From positions 348,474-372,473 of the forward strand of contig NZ_RAQJ01000001.1 in NCBI RefSeq assembly GCF_003610635.1: 24,000 nt of DNA, read 5' to 3'. The stretch comes from Ichthyenterobacterium magnum (GTDB taxonomy: Bacteria; Bacteroidota; Bacteroidia; Flavobacteriales; Flavobacteriaceae). The translations under genes and the position numbers were made by a program. Positions 17,133 to 23,163 of the stretch are shown here, one piece after another (the first letter of the stretch is position 1; the number at the start of each line of letters is the position of its first letter). The notes beneath the pieces were generated by a model. The model was not told where the DNA came from. It saw only the letters and a program-made list of their open reading frames with translations, and did not search any database.

Positions 17133-18533
17133 ATGAAAAACAAACAACAAAACATACTCATTATTGGTGCAGGACTCTGCGGAAGCCTTCTTGCATTACG
17201 ATTAGGACAACGTGGATATAATGTTACCGTTTTTGAAATGCGTCCAGATTTACGAAAAACAGATATTTCTGCAGGACGTTCTATTAACTTAGCGTTTTCG
17301 GATCGTGGCAATAAAGCCATGAAATTAGTTGGCATAGAAGATAAAGTAAAAGCGTTGTGCATCCCAATGAATGGTCGTATGCTTCATGATAAAGAAGGTA
17401 ATACATTCCTTTCAAATTATAGCGGACGCGAGCATGAATACATTAATTCTATTTCTCGTGGAGAGCTTAATGGTCTATTACTAACTGAAGCCGAAAAACA
17501 TGATAATGTTACCATTCATTTTAATAAAAAATGTAAATCGGTTGATTTTGAAAAAACAACAGCTTTATTTCAAGACTACAATACCAAGAAAGAATTTGTA
17601 GAAGATGCAGATGCAATTTTTGCTACAGATGGTGCTGGTTCTGCTATGCGAAAAAGTTACTATTTAGGTAAAAAATTCTTGTTTAGTTTTTCTCAAGATT
17701 ACTTAACACATGGTTATAAAGAATTAAGCATTCTTCCAACAAAAACTGGAGATTATAAAACCTATAAAAACGCCTTGCATATTTGGCCAAGAGGCGCATT
17801 TATGCTTATAGCTTTACCCAATTTAGATGGCAGTTTTACAGTAACACTCTTTTTAGGTTATGATGAAGGCGAATACAATTTCAATAATTTAACAACACCA
17901 GAAATCGTTACAGAGTTCTTCCAAAAAGAATTCCCTGATGCTTTAGAACTCATGCCAAACTTAGTTGAAGACTTTTTTGATAACCCAACTGCACCTTTAG
18001 GAACCGTAAAATGTTCACCATGGCATTATAAAGGTAATACGCTACTTATGGGAGATTCGGCTCATGCTATTGTTCCGTTTTACGGACAAGGTATGAATGC
18101 CTCTTTTGAAGATGTTGTAGAATTTGATGCCGTTTTAGATAAACATGAAGGAAACTGGGAAACCGTTTTTACCGAATACGAAAAAAACAGAAAGAAAGAT
18201 ACTGATGCTATTGCCGATTTAGCGATAGATAATTTTCATGAAATGAAAGACCACGTTGGTCAAGCCATATTTCAAGAAAAGCGAAAAATTGAAATGGCTT
18301 TAGAAAAAGAATTTCCAAAAGACTATTCATCAAAATACAGCCTAGTAACCTTTAATGAACATATTGGTTATCGAGAAGCAATGCTTAAAGGTCGTGCTCA
18401 AGATAAAGCCATATTGAATATGTTATCAGATGGTGTTATTTCTCCAACTGGTAATATGAAAGACATTTTAAACAAAGTAAAACAAGAAACCGAAGCCATT
18501 TTAGAAGACGATAGAGTTGCTGGATTAAAATGA
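17133..18533 (+). CDS. kmo: Kynurenine 3-monooxygenase (FAD-dependent)
   Basis: FAD dinucleotide fold ILIIGAGLCGSLLALRL. KMO-typical segments GRSINLAFSDRG, IPMNGRMLH, LLMGDSAHAIVPFYGQGMN and a C-terminal helical domain are all present. Confidence 0.9.
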   Translation: MKNKQQNILIIGAGLCGSLLALRLGQRGYNVTVFEMRPDLRKTDISAGRSINLAFSDRGNKAMKLVGIEDKVKALCIPMNGRMLHDKEGNTFLSNYSGREHEYINSISRGELNGLLLTEAEKHDNVTIHFNKKCKSVDFEKTTALFQDYNTKKEFVEDADAIFATDGAGSAMRKSYYLGKKFLFSFSQDYLTHGYKELSILPTKTGDYKTYKNALHIWPRGAFMLIALPNLDGSFTVTLFLGYDEGEYNFNNLTTPEIVTEFFQKEFPDALELMPNLVEDFFDNPTAPLGTVKCSPWHYKGNTLLMGDSAHAIVPFYGQGMNASFEDVVEFDAVLDKHEGNWETVFTEYEKNRKKDTDAIADLAIDNFHEMKDHVGQAIFQEKRKIEMALEKEFPKDYSSKYSLVTFNEHIGYREAMLKGRAQDKAILNMLSDGVISPTGNMKDILNKVKQETEAILEDDRVAGLK

Positions 18534-18596
18534 GTTAGCAGTTAGCAGTTAGCAGTTAGCAGTTAGCAGTTAGCAGTTAGCAGTTAGCAGTTAGCA
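18534..18596. repeat. Perfect heptamer tandem repeat (GTTAGCA)x9
   Basis: Counted directly as 9 uninterrupted units. The first unit starts on the nucleotide after the kmo TGA (18531-18533). Confidence 0.97.
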
Positions 18597-18827
18597 AAAT
18601 AAAAAGATATATTGGGAAATGATATAACCTAGTAAAGTTCATGTCCCAGATCAATTCTGAGAATTGAACATTGAAATGTAGAAATAATGAACGAAGGAAT
18701 GGAGATGCAAAACGAAGCTTTAAGCACGAAATTCCGAAAGAGAATGTTCCGAAGGAATTTCCTCATTTCAATTTGACTTTTTGGTTCGTTTTGTGTCAAG
18801 ACAAAATGAACAGATAAAAAAAATATT

Positions 18828-19262
18828 ATGAGTAATAACAACAATGAAATTCCTGCTTCAGCAGGAACAAAGGTAACACCAAGAGGAGCATATCCACATG
18901 TAAAGCAAGTAGGCGATTTTATTTTCGTTTCAGGAACGAGCTCTAGAAGACCCGATAATACAATTGCTGGTGTAGATATTATTGACGAAATGGGAACTAA
19001 ACGTCTAAATGCTGAAGTACAAACTCGTGAAGTTTTAAAGAACATAGAAAGCAACCTAGTTAAAGTTGGAGCCTCTTTAAAAGACGTAGTAGATGTGACT
19101 TCCTTTTTGGTTAATATGAATGATTTTGCAGGTTATAACAAAGCCTATGCTGAATTCTTTGACAAAGAAACCGGACCAACACGCACAACCGTTGCTGTAC
19201 ACCAATTACCACATCCAGATTTAGTGGTTGAGATTAAAGTAATGGCTTATAAGAAAGTATAG
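18828..19262 (+). CDS. RidA/YjgF-family protein; by context probably 2-aminomuconate deaminase
   Basis: 144 aa with RidA-family sequence ([18 protein letters not shown]...DVVDVTSFL...GPTRTTVAV). Known 2-aminomuconate deaminases (AmnD, NbaF) belong to this family. The gene lies between kmo and the ALDH. Confidence 0.8.
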   Translation: MSNNNNEIPASAGTKVTPRGAYPHVKQVGDFIFVSGTSSRRPDNTIAGVDIIDEMGTKRLNAEVQTREVLKNIESNLVKVGASLKDVVDVTSFLVNMNDFAGYNKAYAEFFDKETGPTRTTVAVHQLPHPDLVVEIKVMAYKKV

Positions 19263-19451
19263 ATGACTAAATTATTTGAAAATGAAATTTTACTTTTAAT
19301 TGTCGGTATTACAACTTTAATATTCGCAATATTTGATTACAGGAAAAATTATTCAAAATCTGGTGCTTATGGTAAAGCATCAAAAATTGGCTTAATACTT
19401 CTTGGAATTACTTTCATAATGTTAAGTCTAATTCAGTTTAGTAATAGTTGA
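19263..19451 (+). CDS. Small two-helix membrane protein (hypothetical)
   Basis: 62 aa with two hydrophobic helices (ILLLIVGITTLIFAIF and IGLILLGITFIMLSLI). Its ATG immediately follows the ridA-like TAG (19260-19262). Confidence 0.5.
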   Translation: MTKLFENEILLLIVGITTLIFAIFDYRKNYSKSGAYGKASKIGLILLGITFIMLSLIQFSNS

Positions 19452-19485
19452 AAATAAATTTACGGTTTAGTAGAAATAACAAAAA

Positions 19486-20925
19486 ATGAACATTCAAAAC
19501 TATATTAACGGCAACTTTCATAATCCAATTAATGACAATTGGATAGACAACTTTAATCCATCTAATGGTGAAGTTTATGGACAAATACCTAACTCAACCA
19601 AAGAAGATGTTGAAAATGCTTATATCGCTGCAAAATCTGCTTTCCCTGTTTGGTCACAAACTACATTTGAAGAGCGAAGCAGAATCATACTCAAAATTTC
19701 TGAGTTACTCGAAGCCAACTTGCAACGCTTTGCCGAAGCCGAATCTAAAGACAATGGCAAACCTTTAAATTTAGCAAAAGCAGTAGATATCCCAAGAGCA
19801 GCAAGCAACTTTAGATTTTTCGGAAATGCCATTACGCAATTTGCAAGCGAAAGCCATGAGAGTGTTGGTCAACAAGCTATAAATTACACCTTACGCCAGC
19901 CTATTGGTGTTGTTGGCTGTATTTCTCCTTGGAATCTTCCACTCTATTTATTTAGTTGGAAAATTGCTCCAGCAATTGCCGCAGGAAACTGTGTAGTTGC
20001 AAAACCAAGCGAAGTTACGCCAATGACTGCATATTTATTAGGCGAGATTTGCAACGAAGCTGGGTTACCAAAAGGTGTACTCAATATTGTTCATGGGCTT
20101 GGTGGTTCAACTGGTCAAGCCATTGTAGAACATCCAGATATTAAAGCCATTAGTTTTACTGGAGGCACAGCAACTGGAGCACATATTGCGAGAACAGCTG
20201 CGCCAATGTTTAAAAAATTATCACTAGAACTCGGTGGAAAAAATCCAAATATTATTTTCGCAGATTGTGATTATGAAGATATGTTAGATACTACTGTACG
20301 TTCGTCGTTTGCAAATCAAGGTCAGATTTGCTTATGCGGAAGTCGTATTTTTGTTGAAGCGTCTATCTATGATAAATTTAAAGCTGATTTTGTTAATCGC
20401 GTAAAGGCATTAAAAATTGGTCATCCATCTAAAGCAGACACAAATATTGGTGCTTTAGTATCCAAACCACATTTAGAAAAAGTAAAAGAATACATTCAAA
20501 TTGCTAAAGACGAAAATGGAACTGTTTTATGTGGCGGAAACGATGTTTTAGTTAAAGGCTACGAAAATGGCTACTATCTAGAGCCAACAGTTATTGAAGT
20601 TCCAAATGATGAATGTCGCGTAAATCAAGAAGAAATTTTCGGGCCAGTAGTTACCATCATGCCATTTAATACTGAAGATAGTGTCTTACAAATGGCAAAC
20701 AAAGTAAAGTATGGTTTATCAGCAACACTTTGGACTAATGATTTAAAATGCACCATGCGTATGAGTAATCAATTACAAGCTGGAATTGTTTGGGTGAACA
20801 CTTGGATGATGCGTGATTTAAGAACACCTTTTGGTGGTGTAAAAAATTCTGGCGTTGGCCGTGAAGGTGGTTTTGAAGCGTTACGCTTTTTTACTGAAGC
20901 TAAAAATGTGTGTATTAAATATTAA
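19486..20925 (+). CDS. NAD-dependent aldehyde dehydrogenase, ALDH8-like; probable 2-aminomuconate-6-semialdehyde dehydrogenase
   Basis: Catalytic Glu (LELGGKNP) and Cys (FANQGQICLCGSRIFV) motifs are present. The ICLCxSR context resembles ALDH8A1/AmnC/NbaE-type enzymes, and the gene sits in the pathway cluster. Confidence 0.85.
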   Translation: MNIQNYINGNFHNPINDNWIDNFNPSNGEVYGQIPNSTKEDVENAYIAAKSAFPVWSQTTFEERSRIILKISELLEANLQRFAEAESKDNGKPLNLAKAVDIPRAASNFRFFGNAITQFASESHESVGQQAINYTLRQPIGVVGCISPWNLPLYLFSWKIAPAIAAGNCVVAKPSEVTPMTAYLLGEICNEAGLPKGVLNIVHGLGGSTGQAIVEHPDIKAISFTGGTATGAHIARTAAPMFKKLSLELGGKNPNIIFADCDYEDMLDTTVRSSFANQGQICLCGSRIFVEASIYDKFKADFVNRVKALKIGHPSKADTNIGALVSKPHLEKVKEYIQIAKDENGTVLCGGNDVLVKGYENGYYLEPTVIEVPNDECRVNQEEIFGPVVTIMPFNTEDSVLQMANKVKYGLSATLWTNDLKCTMRMSNQLQAGIVWVNTWMMRDLRTPFGGVKNSGVGREGGFEALRFFTEAKNVCIKY

Positions 20926-21004
20926 GTGGTTAGTGGTTAGTGGTTAGTGGTTAGTGGTTAGTGGTTAGTGGTTAGTGGTTAGTGGTTAGTGGTTAGTGGT
21001 TAGT
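20926..21004. repeat. Perfect heptamer tandem repeat (GTGGTTA)x11 plus GT
   Basis: Counted directly as 11 uninterrupted units. The first unit starts on the nucleotide after the ALDH TAA (20923-20925). Confidence 0.97.
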
Positions 21005-21061
21005 AAAACAATAGAAAAAAATAATTTAAAAAGATTCTGAATCAAGTTTAGGATAACAAAT

Positions 21062-21586
21062 ATGAATTTTAAAATAACTATCTTAACATTATTAATTACT
21101 TTTCATTGTTTTGCTCAAGACAATTGGCAGACATACACAAAGGACAATTACACTATTGATTATCCTTCAGATTGGACTTACAGCAATCAAAAACCTCAAC
21201 CTACGATTCAGTTTGTTTTAAAAGCTAGTCCTAACTCGGCAAAAAATGATCAATTCCAAGAAAATATAAACCTCAATCTAGAATTTCTTAAACAAGATAA
21301 AATTAATCTAGATTCTTATATAAACACAACAATTAAACAGATTTTATCTCAAGTTAATGATGCCCAAATTATAGAAAACAAATTAATAAAATCAAATGAC
21401 TTAGATGCGAAATTGTTTGTTTGGTCTGGTAGTTTTGGAAATGGTATCGTTTTAAAATTTAGACAATTAGTTTTTATAAAAAATAAAACCGCTTACGTAC
21501 TCACATTAACTTGTACAGAGACTGATTATGAAAGCTATATTAATATAGGAAACAAAATTTTTAACAGTTTTAAATTTAAAAATTAA
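21062..21586 (+). CDS. Secreted protein of unknown function (signal peptide)
   Basis: 174 aa with signal peptide MNFKITILTLLITFHCFA|QD. The mature part is a mixed alpha/beta-looking domain with no recognisable catalytic motif. Its stop TAA (21584-21586) abuts the next ATG. Confidence 0.7.
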   Translation: MNFKITILTLLITFHCFAQDNWQTYTKDNYTIDYPSDWTYSNQKPQPTIQFVLKASPNSAKNDQFQENINLNLEFLKQDKINLDSYINTTIKQILSQVNDAQIIENKLIKSNDLDAKLFVWSGSFGNGIVLKFRQLVFIKNKTAYVLTLTCTETDYESYINIGNKIFNSFKFKN

Positions 21587-22369
21587 ATGAACTTAGAGCT
21601 CAATAACAAATACGCTTTAGTCTGTGGAAGCACTGCTGGAATTGGCAAGGCAACAGCTTTAGCCTTAGCAACAGAAGGCGTTCAAGTAACACTTATAGCT
21701 AGAAATGAAGAAAAGCTAAAAGCTACGCTTGCCGAATTACCTCAACAACGTAATCACGATTATATTGTGGCAGATTTTTCAAATCCAATAGAATTGAAAG
21801 CTAAAGTTTCTGAATATATTTCTGAAAATCATGGATTTCACATTTTAGTAAATAATACAGGTGGCCCAAAAGGTGGGCCAGTTTTTTCGGCAGATGTCGA
21901 TGAGTTTGAAAGTGCTTTTACACAACATCTAAAATGCAACCATGTACTAGCACAAGCAGTTGTTCCGTTTATGAAAGACGAAAATTATGGACGTATTGTA
22001 AACGTTATTTCTACATCTGTAAAACAACCACTAGATGGCTTAGGTGTGAGTAACACCATTCGTGGCGCAGTTGCAAATTGGAGCAAAACCTTAGCAAATG
22101 AATTAGGTCAATTTGGAATTACAGTCAATAATGTATTGCCGGGAGCAACAGGAACAGAGCGTTTAAGTGAAATTATCAAAAATAAATCTACAAAAACTGG
22201 TGTTACAATTGATGATGCATCAAATGCTATGAAAAATGCTGTTCCTGCAAAACGTTTTGCAAAACCAGAAGAACTAGCAGATGCTATTACGTTTCTTGCA
22301 AGTGAACGTGCAGCCTATATTAACGGAATTAATCTTCCTGTTGATGGTGGACGCACAAAATCTCTTTAA
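21587..22369 (+). CDS. Atypical short-chain dehydrogenase/reductase-like protein (no YxxxK)
   Basis: Rossmann motif VCGSTAGIGKA and NNTGG are present. Where the catalytic YxxxK should lie, the sequence is GVSNTIRGAV, and there is no YxxxK anywhere in the 260 aa. Confidence 0.85.
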   Translation: MNLELNNKYALVCGSTAGIGKATALALATEGVQVTLIARNEEKLKATLAELPQQRNHDYIVADFSNPIELKAKVSEYISENHGFHILVNNTGGPKGGPVFSADVDEFESAFTQHLKCNHVLAQAVVPFMKDENYGRIVNVISTSVKQPLDGLGVSNTIRGAVANWSKTLANELGQFGITVNNVLPGATGTERLSEIIKNKSTKTGVTIDDASNAMKNAVPAKRFAKPEELADAITFLASERAAYINGINLPVDGGRTKSL

Positions 22370-22405
22370 TATCAAACTTGATTTGATATCTTATAAATTG
22401 AAAAG
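22369..22405 (+). repeat. Half-copy of the intergenic element (CTTGA-loop hairpin plus TATAAATTGAA box)
   Basis: Hairpin atatcaaa-cttga-tttgatat (22369-22389) has the same loop as copies A and B but a different, fully compensated stem. It is followed by tataaattgaa (22392-22402), identical to 17082-17092. Confidence 0.75.
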
Positions 22406-22425
22406 TAATCATTAACTTTAGAACT

Positions 22426-22504
22426 TGTCATTCCGTACTTGATACGGAATCCATTATATATTGAAATAGAATTAAAAAAGATTCCTGTCTTTGCAGGAAT
22501 GACA
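22426..22504 (+). repeat. Paired-hairpin intergenic element, copy B
   Basis: 79 nt, collinear with 17053-17131 (67/79 identical by hand count). Left hairpin attccgta-cttga-tacggaat. Right hairpin attcctg(t)-cttt-(g)caggaat. Terminal inverted repeat TGTCATTCC / GGAATGACA. Confidence 0.9.
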
Positions 22505-22520
22505 AAATAAAAATAGAATC

Positions 22521-23054
22521 ATGAGTAAATTAGTTTCTCCCTTAAATTTTAAAGCTTGGATTGAAGAAAACAGACATCTTTTAAAACCACCTGTTGGAAA
22601 TAAAGTAGTTTGGAAAGATGGTGATTTTATTGTTATGGTTGTTGGTGGACCAAATAGCAGAAAAGATTATCACTATAATGAAACTCCAGAATTTTTCTAT
22701 CAAGTTGAAGGTGATATTGTTTTAAAAGTCATTGATAAAGGCACACCAAAAGACATACACATTAAAGAAGGTGAAATATTTTTATTACCTCCAAAAGTGC
22801 CGCATTCTCCACAACGAGGAGCAAACACTGTTGGATTAGTTATTGAATATCCAAGAGAAAAAGGTGTTCAAGATGCTTTACTTTGGTTCTGTGAAAATTG
22901 TACAACTAAATTGTATGAAGAAGATTTTACTTTAGACAATATTGAAACTGATATGCCTGCGATTTTCGACAAATATTATGGAGATAAAGACAAACGCAGC
23001 TGCCCAAATTGTGGTGAAGTAATGCAACCACCTAAAAAAGTACAAATAGATTAA
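22521..23054 (+). CDS. nbaC: 3-hydroxyanthranilate 3,4-dioxygenase (cupin)
   Basis: 177 aa with N-terminal LKPPVGNK, cupin core DYHYNETPEFFYQVEGD...PPKVPHSPQR, and a C-terminal rubredoxin-like CENC...CPNC site. Confidence 0.92.
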   Translation: MSKLVSPLNFKAWIEENRHLLKPPVGNKVVWKDGDFIVMVVGGPNSRKDYHYNETPEFFYQVEGDIVLKVIDKGTPKDIHIKEGEIFLLPPKVPHSPQRGANTVGLVIEYPREKGVQDALLWFCENCTTKLYEEDFTLDNIETDMPAIFDKYYGDKDKRSCPNCGEVMQPPKKVQID

Positions 23055-23057
23055 TAC

Positions 23058-23163
23058 TGTCATTCTAAACAAAGTGAAAAATCTTTTTTATTACTCTGTT
23101 TAGATTACAACTTTTTAATTAATAATAATTTATGAGATGCTTCGACTGCGCTCAGCATGACAT
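23058..23163 (+). repeat. Diverged member of the GTCAT...ATGAC element family, copy C
   Basis: The left end ctgtcattc matches the left end of A and B. The right arm gatgct-tcgactgcgctc-agcatgacat ends in the same ATGACAT that precedes the ATG in copy A. The interior is AT-decayed, with an extra inverted repeat ctaaaca (23065-71) / tgtttag (23097-23103). Confidence 0.65.

Noticed and set aside
17099-17362. 87-aa minus-strand ORF
   Set aside because: It is antisense to the FAD-binding N-terminus of kmo and runs into repeat element A.
18629-19054. 141-aa minus-strand ORF
   Set aside because: Its first half is antisense to the RidA-family gene, which has good family motifs. The rest is a translation of the inverted-repeat-rich spacer. 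There is no domain signal.
19565-20144. Three short ORFs (19565..19768 +, 19620..19832 -, 19956..20144 +)
   Set aside because: All lie inside the aldehyde dehydrogenase gene, either in other frames or on the other strand. The ALDH catalytic motifs fix the real frame.
18534-21004. Heptamer arrays considered as CRISPR arrays
   Set aside because: The units are 7 nt and directly abutting with no spacers. There are no cas genes and no leader. These are simple tandem repeats.
20926-21004. (GTGGTTA)n considered as a telomere-like or G-quadruplex-forming tract
   Set aside because: It resembles TTAGGG/TTTAGGG only superficially. The G-runs are just two long, which would allow a two-tetrad G4 at best, and the sister array (GTTAGCA)n has no GG at all. 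G4 formation therefore cannot explain both arrays.
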